A stretch of DNA of 63,945 nt, the filler included, from Pseudomonadota bacterium (lineage in GTDB: Bacteria; Desulfobacterota; Desulfobacteria; Desulfobacterales; JBDRRP01): NCBI GenBank assembly GCA_043825735.1. It is 9 parts of 9 records of this genome, joined end to end, with 100 filler letters (N's around TTAATTAATTAA, not from the genome) between each part and the next. Parts side by side here need not be neighbours in the genome. Positions count along the whole stretch, not along the records: positions 26,148 to 29,429 come from JBDRRP010000124.1; positions 29,530 to 35,111 come from JBDRRP010000126.1; positions 35,212 to 49,511 come from JBDRRP010000127.1; 6 more parts are not named here. One strand, given 5' to 3'. Position numbers and translations under genes: made by a program. This document shows positions 28,932-37,779 of this stretch, piece by piece. Each line of letters begins with the position of its first letter. The stretch's first letter is position 1. The notes under the pieces were generated by a model. That model ran no database searches, was not told where the DNA came from, and saw only the letters and a program-made list of their open reading frames with translations.

Positions 28932-29237
28932 TTGAAAATTCCACACCTTGTGAGAGACGGGCAGTTCACACTGACGATCGCCGAGGCAATTACAGCCAAG
29001 GGGTGCGTTGGCCCAATCGAGATCAACCTTGCAAAAGGCGGCGGCTACAAAGGCGACATCGAAGTAACCATCGGCCCCGCCACAGAGAAGAATTTTGAAG
29101 CCGAAGTTTCGTTGAACGACTGGACGCGGTTTCCAGCAAGAATTCGCGCAGCCGCTACAGCCCTTCGTGATGCAGGCTGCCAGGGGCGTTTTAGAATCGC
29201 CCACTCGGATGGGGTTCTGACCATCAGGCCCCTGTGA
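28932..29237 (+). CDS. Hypothetical protein
   Basis: 101-aa TTG ORF with GGAG RBS. Confidence 0.55.
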   Translation: MKIPHLVRDGQFTLTIAEAITAKGCVGPIEINLAKGGGYKGDIEVTIGPATEKNFEAEVSLNDWTRFPARIRAAATALRDAGCQGRFRIAHSDGVLTIRPL

Positions 29238-29287
29238 AGAAATGCAGACAGTTAAAAGGCCACTTTGGGGGGTGAAACTGGCCATTT

Positions 29288-29429
29288 AACTTACATTTCG
29301 CATGTTTCAAAAATAGTTTTCCCCAATCAGCGAAAAATATTATTTAAATCAGCTATGTAGCTCTAAATTGCCACCAGCGACTATTGAGCATTTTGTACAC
29401 AACCTCTGGAACTTCAAGAAGCCTATTGA
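29288..29429 (-). mobile_element. End of a multicopy IS (IS1634-like), copy 1
   Basis: Identical to 54847-54985; terminus TGCGAAATGTAAG on the minus strand; minus frame RLLEVPEVVYKMLNSRWWQFRAT*; at a contig break. Confidence 0.65.
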
Positions 29430-29529
29430 NNNNNNNNNNNNNNNNNNNNNNNNNNNNNNNNNNNNNNNNNNNNTTAATTAATTAANNNNNNNNNNNNNNN
29501 NNNNNNNNNNNNNNNNNNNNNNNNNNNNN

Positions 29530-29849
29530 TAGGAGAGATGGGCGGCCTCGGCCTCGCTGATTCCTTTTTTGATCAGGCAAGGGATTCGCTTCCAGCCGAA
29601 TTCCTGAAAAGATTTCAGTCTGCGTACCCCGTCGTATACGCCGTATTTGCCGGGCTCGATCTCGTAAACCAGGATGGGCTCCTGGATACCGTCCCTTCGA
29701 AGGGACCCCTGGAGGCTTTCGAGGTTGCCGATATCGGTACGCGGGTGATGGGTGGGAATTACGATGGAGTCGATGTTAAGAATGTTCAACTCCAAGTCAT
29801 TGCCATTGTTGCTTGCCTGGTTGGCTCCAGGCTGTGTCGTGTTACTCAT
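29530..29849 (-). CDS. ParB/Srx N-terminal domain protein (partial)
   Basis: IDSI..PRTD..LESLQGSLRRDGIQEPILV...VYDGVRRL; AGGAG RBS; the reading frame extends upstream to 30152. Confidence 0.8.
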
Positions 29850-30410
29850 GGTGATCCTCCTGATTGCGAGCCCACCCCTTTTTTGGGGAAAATTGCTCGC
29901 GGTTAAGTGCGGAGGACAGACACATGGCCAGGAAAGCCAGGAAGCGGTCATCTTAATAGTGGCCGGGGCAGGGATGAGGCCTGCAAAGGTCGAGTTCCCA
30001 AACCCTAACGCCCAGATCACCATCAAGGCAGCGATGACGCAGCCCAGTGGTTTGGTGAAATGGCGGTTGATTCCGCCGTTCGTTGATCGGAGCGACAGCA
30101 TCCCTCCAACCAACATTCCGATGATCCAGTTTCCTACGGTTCCGTTTTTCATGGTCTGCCTCCTAAATGATTGGTTGTTGCCTCGCTAAGCAGCCTCCGG
30201 ATTGCCGGTGTCACCTCCTTTCGGGCTATGCTGCAGCCGGCTGTTTGCGTGGCGTTACTGTCCGTTTGTTATTGAGAAAGGCAGGCCAAACCGATATTAG
30301 GGACATGGGTGTGTTGTGAATAAGTAGTTATTGCGGATGGTTAAAGCCTTACAGGAGTGAATTTTCTGGAAGATATAGGGCAAGAAAAAGTGTGGCAAAA
30401 TCGGGAGATC

Positions 30411-30432
30411 TGCAACAGCGAACAGTGTTGCA
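30411..30432. promoter_or_regulatory. Candidate enhancer (UAS) for the sigma54 activator
   Basis: TGCAACA-N8-TGTTGCA, with related half-sites TGTGGCA and TGCGACA nearby. Confidence 0.5.
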
Positions 30433-30464
30433 TAGGGGAAAATGCGACAGTAGGAGGGATTTGC

Positions 30465-32570
30465 TTACGGCTTGGGTAGATTTCTGTATATGGTGCTACG
30501 GTCGATGCCCAAAAAATCAGCGGCTTTGGTTTTGTTTCCGCCGAATTTTTTCAGGGCCATCATAATTTCTTGCAGGGTGGGTTTTTTGGGGATGGTTTGT
30601 TGCTGATCAGATCTTGTCTCGTATGATGTTGACAGCGCAGAGATTACCTTTGCAAGGTCGAGTTTATCGCCGCTGGCTTTCATAATGGCGGAATTGATAA
30701 TGCCACTCAATTCACGGACATTGCCTGGCCAATCATAGGCTTTCAGCACTTCAATAATTTCTGGCGAGAAGGTTTGCACCGCCTTCTTGTATTTGCTGTT
30801 GAAAAAGCCACGGAAATGATCGGCTAAAAATGGGATATCTTCTGGTCTTTCTCGTAAAGCCGGTATTTGTATGGAATGTGTTTTTATTCGAAAATAGAGG
30901 TCTTTGCTGAACATTCCTTCCTCAACCAATTTCGAAATATCCGAGCCAGCTGCATAAACAAGCTTAACGTCCACCGTCACAGGCTCGGTTGAACCGACTG
31001 GTAACACCTGCTTGTCCTCAACAGTTTTCAAGAGTTTCTCTTGAAGGTGAATAGGCATCTTTCCGAGCTCATCCAAAAAAAGTGTCCCCATTTGTGCTGA
31101 CTTAAAAAGTCCTGGGTTTGGACTTGTTGCTCCTGTAAATGCCCCCTTGGCATGGCCAAACAGTGTGCTTTCTAACAAATTTTCTGAAATTGACTGGCAG
31201 TTAATTTCTTTGAATTTGCCGTGCCTCGCTCCATGCTTTTTGGAGGCTTCGTGAATTGCCTTGGCGAACAACTCCTTGCCAGTACCAGTTTCTCCAGTTA
31301 TCAAAACATTGATGTCATGATGGCAACTCTCTGCCACAAAGCATTTCAGTTCCATCATGCTTGGGTTGGCTGTTATGATAATTTTCAGTGCCGGGAATTC
31401 CTTTTCATATCCAGCGACTTTTCTATTTAGACTATCCAATTCAGCGGGAGACAATTTTTCTGTTCGTTTTTGCGGAGTGGGTTTTTGAGGTAGTGTTTCT
31501 GCTTTATCGATTTTCTTCTTATCTATTTGTGCGGCTGCTTGTTCGGCTGCATCTTTAAGGGTAGTATTTGAGGAAACTATAATTGGATTTCTGGCTGGTA
31601 AATTTTTGACCGAGTAAACTGGCATCCCATGTTCGTCAACACCTACTGGAGGCTGATCAGCGAATTCAGCTGCGTATTTCGCATTTCTTTCCATCTGCTT
31701 AAAGGCACTTCCTTCTCGAAAATATAGAAGATGTGCATACTTTTTCTCAAATCTGACCCTGTAGCAAAGCTCGAAATCAAGTACATTTCGAAATGACGCA
31801 TATTCTCGGATTACTTGATCAATATATTTTGGGAAAATGCTTTCCTCTACTGAGCCTTCATAATCGAAATCGTTTAGATCTTCTCTATCAAATCCATTTT
31901 TAATAAATTTAAAGTATCTCGATTTGCGACCTCCAAGTTCAGAACGAAAGAGTTCTTCATGCCGCCAAGTGCATGCCTGAAAGAGCTCGTAGTTTATTGA
32001 ACCGTATAGCGTTGAATTCACTTTATCTTTCGAATCAAAATGTGTAAATAGTTGATCCCATTCCTTATAGGCAGAGAAGAGAGACACAATTCTTGGAATC
32101 GCCTTGAGCTTTTTAACATTTTCAATCTGAATTAAACCCTCCAGGTCATCTTCAGCGATATAAAACGGGTATTCGTCCTCCACTCTCTTTTGGTAGTTTG
32201 CTATCGATTCGAAGTAATCTGGTAGACAAAATGAATCATTGGGATCACTGCCTTTGCTGACATCTTTAGGGATCAATTTCTGTTCCAAAAGAATTCGTTT
32301 GGAAAACGGAACGAAAAAATTCAACTGACTTATGAGTCGCGCAAATGAATCAATAGAGCAATCGTAAGCAAGTATTGGGTATTTACGAACAGTAGTATTA
32401 ATACAATGGGGGCATGTCAGCCCAAGGAGCATATGCTCCTTTTTTGTCATATAAATGAAGCCCCATAGTTGAATGACCTCTACGAAGTCTTTAAGGTCAT
32501 ACTCGTGTCTGCACTCGTCATTGCTGCATACGAATGGGAATACCCTGTCATGGCTTTTCATTTTACCCAT
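30465..32570 (-). CDS. Sigma54-dependent enhancer-binding protein with uncharacterised Zn-ribbon N-terminal region
   Basis: GETGTGKE, LFGHAKGAFTGA, LFLDE, WPGNVREL, Fis-type HTH; N-terminal CSNDEC...CPHC; AT-rich. Confidence 0.9.
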   Translation of the reverse strand: MGKMKSHDRVFPFVCSNDECRHEYDLKDFVEVIQLWGFIYMTKKEHMLLGLTCPHCINTTVRKYPILAYDCSIDSFARLISQLNFFVPFSKRILLEQKLIPKDVSKGSDPNDSFCLPDYFESIANYQKRVEDEYPFYIAEDDLEGLIQIENVKKLKAIPRIVSLFSAYKEWDQLFTHFDSKDKVNSTLYGSINYELFQACTWRHEELFRSELGGRKSRYFKFIKNGFDREDLNDFDYEGSVEESIFPKYIDQVIREYASFRNVLDFELCYRVRFEKKYAHLLYFREGSAFKQMERNAKYAAEFADQPPVGVDEHGMPVYSVKNLPARNPIIVSSNTTLKDAAEQAAAQIDKKKIDKAETLPQKPTPQKRTEKLSPAELDSLNRKVAGYEKEFPALKIIITANPSMMELKCFVAESCHHDINVLITGETGTGKELFAKAIHEASKKHGARHGKFKEINCQSISENLLESTLFGHAKGAFTGATSPNPGLFKSAQMGTLFLDELGKMPIHLQEKLLKTVEDKQVLPVGSTEPVTVDVKLVYAAGSDISKLVEEGMFSKDLYFRIKTHSIQIPALRERPEDIPFLADHFRGFFNSKYKKAVQTFSPEIIEVLKAYDWPGNVRELSGIINSAIMKASGDKLDLAKVISALSTSYETRSDQQQTIPKKPTLQEIMMALKKFGGNKTKAADFLGIDRSTIYRNLPKP

Positions 32571-32623
32571 AGTTTGAGTCTCTTGATACCCGCCGGGATC
32601 TGATTGGTCCTACCCGTCCAGTG

Positions 32624-32675
32624 GATTGAACGTGTTTTTCCGTTCAATCGATTGAAGGTGTTTTTCCGTTCAGTC
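32624..32675. repeat. Two tandem 26-bp palindromic units upstream of the EBP gene
   Basis: GATTGAACGTGTTTTTCCGTTCAATC followed by GATTGAAGGTGTTTTTCCGTTCAGTC. Confidence 0.75.
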
Positions 32676-32729
32676 GGTTCTGAGGGCAATGCCACGTTCT
32701 AAAATTATTGTAAAAACAGTAGGTAACCG

Positions 32730-32912
32730 TCATTCTGATCTGCTCGTCCGATTCCGCAACAATTGATCCAGAGCATCGATGACCACCCCTTCGATGGTAT
32801 TATCGGTCTCCTGGGCGTAAGACTCAACCCTTGCGGCCAGCCTGCAGGGGATCTTGATGCTCAATTCCTGGGTGGGATCGGTACATTGGTCTTCGATGGT
32901 GTCTTGATTCAC
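32730..32912 (-). CDS. Small ribbon-helix-helix-like protein
   Basis: LSIKIPCRLAARVESYAQETDNTIEGVVIDALDQLL pattern; AGGAG RBS. Confidence 0.55.
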   Translation of the reverse strand: MNQDTIEDQCTDPTQELSIKIPCRLAARVESYAQETDNTIEGVVIDALDQLLRNRTSRSE

Positions 32913-33074
32913 GGGATCAGGCTCCTTTTATGCCGCCGGGAAGCACAGCCTCAATAGCATGTGGATTCTTTTCCCGGACAAACTATTAAGACGATGTCAA
33001 ACCATACAGAACTCATTGACTTTAAACAACTATTTCTTTATGCTTCTGCTCAACCCCCACCAGGGAGCCGCGCC

Positions 33075-33350
33075 ATGAACAAACAGGACCTGATAGAAGC
33101 CATAAAAGCCGAAGCTGGCCTTACCAAGACAGACGCCGCTGCCGTTGTTTCTATATTTTTCGATGAAATGTCCAGTGCCCTGGAACGCGGTGATCGTGTG
33201 GAGATCCGGGGGCTGTGCGCCTTCTTCGTCAAGGAATACAAAGGATATACCGGACGGAATCCCAAGACCGGCGAACCGACCACGGTAGAGCCTAAAAGGT
33301 TGCCTTTCTTCAAGCCAGGTAAGGAGCTGAAGGATCGGGTGGATCGGTAA
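33075..33350 (+). CDS. HU/IHF-family DNA-binding protein
   Basis: MNKQDLI, RVEIRGL, GRNPKTGE, PFFKPGKELK. Confidence 0.93.
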   Translation: MNKQDLIEAIKAEAGLTKTDAAAVVSIFFDEMSSALERGDRVEIRGLCAFFVKEYKGYTGRNPKTGEPTTVEPKRLPFFKPGKELKDRVDR

Positions 33351-33362
33351 TAGGGAAAATTG

Positions 33363-33665
33363 ATGCCATTTACCCAAGAGCCTACAGGATATGAGAAAAC
33401 AATCCTTTCAGACCTACAAGGAACTTGGCAGGTATTAAGGGATTCTGTGGCCGAATCAGCTGGGTTTGACGGTTGGGATCGAGCCTTGTTTCATATTGAT
33501 GAGGCCATGAGCTGGGAGGTAGTGCGAAATTTGAGGCAAATGCCTCCGCTGCTGCTCATCATTCGGAACATATGCATACAGGGCAACGCACCTGACGAAG
33601 TATTAGTGAATATCCAAGAGGTTGATGAAGTCCTGCAAGAAACGCTTTCTATTTTTCCGATGTAG
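33363..33665 (+). CDS. Hypothetical protein
   Basis: 100-aa ORF in a tight operon with the HU/IHF gene. Confidence 0.65.
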   Translation: MPFTQEPTGYEKTILSDLQGTWQVLRDSVAESAGFDGWDRALFHIDEAMSWEVVRNLRQMPPLLLIIRNICIQGNAPDEVLVNIQEVDEVLQETLSIFPM

Positions 33666-33672
33666 TGAAATT

Positions 33673-34125
33673 ATGGAAAAAACCGAACTTGAATACAGGC
33701 TTCTATCGGAATCAATCGGCCTCCCCATCAACGTCATTTCGAACGAATATCAAGAATTCAAGGGCAACTCACATCATAGAATCGTCTTCCAGATCGAAGA
33801 GGAAGAATCAGACACCTTTGCCATTGGCATCCTGTTCACACTATCGCTCATGTCCTTCACTTTTTCAGCCCCGAGGGGCTATTCTGAAAATGAATTCATC
33901 CCGGATGAAGAATGGAACCTGGAATATTTTGTCCAAGGATTGACCTTTGAGGGTGGTGTGCTGAAACATTCAACCGACTATGTTTCCGGGAGGATGATGA
34001 AAACGGACATCGTTTATGAGACCGGCGGAGAGGTTACTTTGGAAACCCGTAACCGTGGCAAAGGTGCTGATCGCTGGCTGACACACCTGCAGGGGAAGAA
34101 ACATATACAGCCGGTAGCGAAATGA
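33673..34125 (+). CDS. Hypothetical protein
   Basis: 150-aa ORF with operonic spacing. Confidence 0.65.
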   Translation: MEKTELEYRLLSESIGLPINVISNEYQEFKGNSHHRIVFQIEEEESDTFAIGILFTLSLMSFTFSAPRGYSENEFIPDEEWNLEYFVQGLTFEGGVLKHSTDYVSGRMMKTDIVYETGGEVTLETRNRGKGADRWLTHLQGKKHIQPVAK

Positions 34126-34138
34126 ATATGCGGTTTAA

Positions 34139-34585
34139 ATGATGTCCAACAAGAAAATCCTCGAATGGATAAATACTCTACCGCCCGAAAAAGAAATCCT
34201 CGTTTCCACCTCGCTTAAGAAAATTCATCCCATCGCTGACAACATTGTTCGCCGTCTATTGGACATAGAGGCCATTGTTCATGTCAGGCTATCGGAAACC
34301 GATATTCAGGCATCCAGTGAAATCCAGACCAGAGGACGCTCCAGGCTTCCTGTTTCGACCCCAGGCCACAAATCCGCGATAGGTGTTCATCTGGTTCTGG
34401 ACTATCCGTACAAGACAATACAGTTTCATGAGATCACCTCTGCCAAGAAGGGATATGGTGAGCAGATGGTGAAGGCGGTGTTGACCTCTATCCCAGAAGA
34501 TTGGCAGGCTTTAGTCGCCATGGACTACAGTGATGGCTTTTGGGATCGGATGATAGAGAAATACGATAACCTTACGACCGTTTGA
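34139..34585 (+). CDS. Hypothetical protein with GNAT-like C-terminus
   Basis: ITSAKKGYGEQMVKAVL resembles GNAT motif A; GFWDRM. Confidence 0.55.
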   Translation: MMSNKKILEWINTLPPEKEILVSTSLKKIHPIADNIVRRLLDIEAIVHVRLSETDIQASSEIQTRGRSRLPVSTPGHKSAIGVHLVLDYPYKTIQFHEITSAKKGYGEQMVKAVLTSIPEDWQALVAMDYSDGFWDRMIEKYDNLTTV

Positions 34586-34721
34586 CTCCTGAAGCCGGAA
34601 ATTGTTTTACTTCTATTACCAGCCGGTGGGGTGCTGGTCGCTACCGACGCTCGAGCAGGCCTGGCCTATAACCATGCATGCTCATTGTCGATGGCCATGA
34701 AAGTGCTGGGAACCTCCAGCC

Positions 34722-34842
34722 GGACACAACTCGCTTCCGGACACAAGGGGACGCAATATATGAGGTTTTTTCTCATGGGACAGGATTTATAAAAAAACAT
34801 TGAAACTTGCGTCCAGTTGCGTCCGGTATCTCTATTGCGTCC
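34722..34842. repeat. Iteron-like octamers, candidate replication origin
   Basis: GGACRCAA at 34722, 34739 and 34749; inverted TTGCGTCC at 34807, 34817 and 34835; AT-rich spacer between them. Confidence 0.6.
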
Positions 34843-35111
34843 GCAGTCCTATACCATTCCATCCTCTGGAACGGTCTGGACTAACCTTGCATTGTTCGAA
34901 TCCTTTCTCCTTCAGTCTCAGTCCAAAGGAACGCTTGGCCAATGGACGGTCCCCATTGCTTTCGCACCAGGCGCAATAGGCCGGGTATAAATCCTTCGTT
35001 TTCACCTCCTGCAAAGGGCCTTCGATACAGCAATCATTCAGAAAATCTGATAGCGTATCCATTTCGTTTCGATAATCATCAGTGGCCGTTCTAACTTCAT
35101 CCGGTGTGCCC
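34832..35111 (-). CDS. C-terminus of a phage/plasmid P4-family (D5-like) primase/helicase (partial)
   Basis: PDEVRTATDDYRNEMDTLSDFLNDCC...LYPAYCAWCESNG...FGLRLKEKGF...WNGIGL. Confidence 0.85.
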
Positions 35112-35211
35112 NNNNNNNNNNNNNNNNNNNNNNNNNNNNNNNNNNNNNNNNNNNNTTAATTAATTAANNNNNNNNNNNNNNNNNNNNNNNNNNNNNNNNN
35201 NNNNNNNNNNN

Positions 35212-35315
35212 AAAAACATTTTGGCACGGATTTCACGGATTTCGCTGATAATCGGCCTTCGGCCGGAAAGCAACTGCAAAGAGAATGAACCGCAGATAAC
35301 GTGGATGAGCGCTGA
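35212..35315 (+). repeat. 104-bp repeat identical to 49408-49511 (both ends of this contig)
   Basis: Direct comparison; belongs to the GGCCTTCGGCC / CACGGATTT family also at 27630-27725 and 41300-41780. Confidence 0.9.
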
Positions 35316-35353
35316 TAAAAATTAACGGCCCCCTGAAAGGACCAAAAGAACCT

Positions 35354-35524
35354 AAACGATCCCAACGATCCCAACGCTCCTAACGATCCAAACGATCCCA
35401 ACGATCCCAACGATCCCAACGATCCCAACGATCCAAACGATCCAAACGATCCAAACGATCCTAACGATCCTAACGATCCAAACGATCCAAACGATCCAAA
35501 CGTTCATAACGATCCAAACGATCT
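35354..35524 (+). repeat. Tandem 9-mer array (HAACGATCC) x19
   Basis: Counted directly; ends 17 nt before the ilvN start. Confidence 0.95.
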
Positions 35525-35541
35525 CCCGGAGACGTTTCATC

Positions 35542-36030
35542 ATGAGTGACGAAAAACATACGCTGACAATGCTGGTGGACAACGAACCCGGTGTGCTCTC
35601 CCGGGTGGCAGGGCTTTTCAGCGGCCGGGGCTTCAACATTGAAAGCCTCTGTGTGGCCGCCACGATGGACCCGAAGGTCTCACGTATCACGTTGGTCACC
35701 AAGGCCAACCCTTCCTTGGTGGAACAGATTGAAAAGCAGCTCAACAAACTGGTGAACATCATCAAGGTGCGGGAAATGACTCCCGAGGAATCGGTTCAGC
35801 GCGAGATCGCGTTGATTTGTGTCAAAGCCAGCAAGGAACACCGGGCCGAGATCCTGCGCATAGTCGACATCTTCCGCTGCAAGGTGGTGGATGTGGGGCT
35901 GGAGCACTATATCATCGAGGTCACCGGCGACGAAGGCAAGCTCAATGCACTGCTCAACCTTCTCAAACCCATCGGCATTGAAAAGATTGCGAGGAGTGGG
36001 ACGCTGGCGCTGTTCAGAGAACCCAACTAG
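35542..36030 (+). CDS. ilvN: Acetolactate synthase small subunit
   Basis: LVDNEPGVLSRVAGLFSGRGFNIESL ACT domain. Confidence 0.95.
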   Translation: MSDEKHTLTMLVDNEPGVLSRVAGLFSGRGFNIESLCVAATMDPKVSRITLVTKANPSLVEQIEKQLNKLVNIIKVREMTPEESVQREIALICVKASKEHRAEILRIVDIFRCKVVDVGLEHYIIEVTGDEGKLNALLNLLKPIGIEKIARSGTLALFREPN

Positions 36031-36552
36031 TGGTTGCTGCGCGACCGTCATATGCGCCTGGCGGCGCGTCAGTTGTGCCTGCGGCACGTCAATTGCCCCT
36101 TCGGGGCGTCAATTGCGTCTGCGACGCGTCACTTGCGCCTGGCGGCGCGTCAGTTGTGCCTGCGGCACGTCAATTGTTCGCTGCGCGACCGTCATATGCG
36201 CCTGGCGGCGCGTCATTAACAGCGAAGCGCAGCGAGCATTTGACGCTGGCGAAGCCGGCAATTGACGGGCGCGCAGCGACCATATGACAGCGAGCGCAGC
36301 GAGCATTTGACGCTGGCGAAGCCAGCAATTGACCGGCGCGCAGCGACCATATGACAGCGAGCGCAGCGAGCATTTGACGCTGGCGAAGCCGGCAATTGAC
36401 GGGCGCGCAGCGACCATATGACAGCGAAGCGCAGCGAGCATTTGACGCTGGCGAAGCCAGCAATTGACGGTCGCGCAGCGACCATATGACAGCAAAGCGC
36501 AGCGAGCATTTGACGCCGGCGAAGCCGGCATTTGACGGTCGCGCAGCGACCA
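36031..36552. repeat. Modular mini-hairpin array A (24 modules in two inverted arms)
   Basis: GTCA-NN-TG linkers separate GC hairpins; 9 modules forward, then (F-G-A) x5 inverted. Confidence 0.9.
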
Positions 36553-36606
36553 AACACCACCGGCCGGATGAGCCATCACCGGCCCGGGCAAGATTGGAGG
36601 CAGTCA

Positions 36607-37659
36607 ATGGCAAAGATCGATTTTGGAGGAACGCTGGAAGAAGTCGTCACCTCGGAAGAATTCCCGCTGGACAAGGCGCGTGACGTACTCAAGGACGAAA
36701 CCATCGCCGTCATCGGCTACGGCGTCCAGGGTCCAGGGCAGGCCCTGAACATGAAAGACAACGGCTTTAAGGTCATCGTGGGGCAGCGCAGCGGCGGCGC
36801 ATCGTGGGAACGTGCAAAAGCAGACGGGTTTGTTCCGGGTGAGACCCTGCTCTCCATCGAGGAGGCCGCCAGCCGGGCCACTGTCATCCAGTACCTGCTC
36901 TCGGATGCCGGCCAGGTAGCCATGTGGCCCAAGGTCAAGGCCTGTCTCAACGAAGGCGACGCCCTCTACTTCTCTCACGGATTCGGCATCGTCTACCGTG
37001 AACAGACCGGCATTGTTGCGCCCGAAAACGTCGACGTCATCCTGGCCGCCCCCAAGGGCTCTGGCCGGACGGTGCGAACCAATTTCCTGGCCGGCAGCGG
37101 CATCAATTCCAGCTTCGCCGTCCATCAGGACTTCACGGGTCGCGCCCGGGAGCGCACCCTGGCCCTGGGTATCGCCATCGGCTCCGGCTACCTTTTCGAG
37201 ACCACCTTTGAAAGGGAAGTCCATAGCGACCTCACCGGCGAGCGCGGCGTGCTCATGGGTTGTCTGGCCGGCGTCATGGAAGCCCAGTACAACCTGCTGA
37301 GAAAACACGGCCACAGCCCTAGCGAAGCGTTCAATGAGACCGTGGAAGAGTTGACCCAGAGCCTCATCCGCCTGGTCGCTGAAAACGGAATGGACTGGAT
37401 GTTCGGCAACTGCAGCACCACCGCCCAGCGCGGCGCCCTGGACTGGGCCCCGAAATTTCGCGATGCCGTGGTGCCGGTGTTTGACGACCTTTACGAAGCG
37501 GTCATCAACGGCTCGGAAACAAGAAGGACACTGGACGTGAACAGCAAACCCGACTACCGGGAGAAACTTCAGGTAGAGCTCGACCAAATCCACAACAGCG
37601 AGATGTGGCGCACAGGCGCCGCCGTTCGTGCACTCAGGCCGGAAAACCGCAGCAAGTAG
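36607..37659 (+). CDS. ilvC: Ketol-acid reductoisomerase
   Basis: IGYGVQGPGQ, APKGSG, SDLTGERG, CSTTAQRGALDW. Confidence 0.95.
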   Translation: MAKIDFGGTLEEVVTSEEFPLDKARDVLKDETIAVIGYGVQGPGQALNMKDNGFKVIVGQRSGGASWERAKADGFVPGETLLSIEEAASRATVIQYLLSDAGQVAMWPKVKACLNEGDALYFSHGFGIVYREQTGIVAPENVDVILAAPKGSGRTVRTNFLAGSGINSSFAVHQDFTGRARERTLALGIAIGSGYLFETTFEREVHSDLTGERGVLMGCLAGVMEAQYNLLRKHGHSPSEAFNETVEELTQSLIRLVAENGMDWMFGNCSTTAQRGALDWAPKFRDAVVPVFDDLYEAVINGSETRRTLDVNSKPDYREKLQVELDQIHNSEMWRTGAAVRALRPENRSK

Positions 37660-37779
37660 GCCTGGCTGCGGGGGCCGCAGGGGTGACTTTGCGTCGTGCG
37701 TCATGCGCCTTATCAAAAAATCCATGGCGCATGACGCCGACTGAGCGCCTCCGGCCTAATAAGGAGGGAGAAAACGATC

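Noticed and set aside
35156..35765. ORFs with WIV/GSL tripeptide repeats
   Set aside because: Translations of the 9-mer tandem array, antisense to ilvN
36031..36552. CRISPR array
   Set aside because: The variable units are 12-17 nt self-complementary modules that recur within and between arrays. There are no unique spacers and no cas genes in the window.
36030..36613. Repetitive ORFs in several frames over the hairpin array
   Set aside because: By-products of stop-poor GC repeats, with no RBS or domain signal
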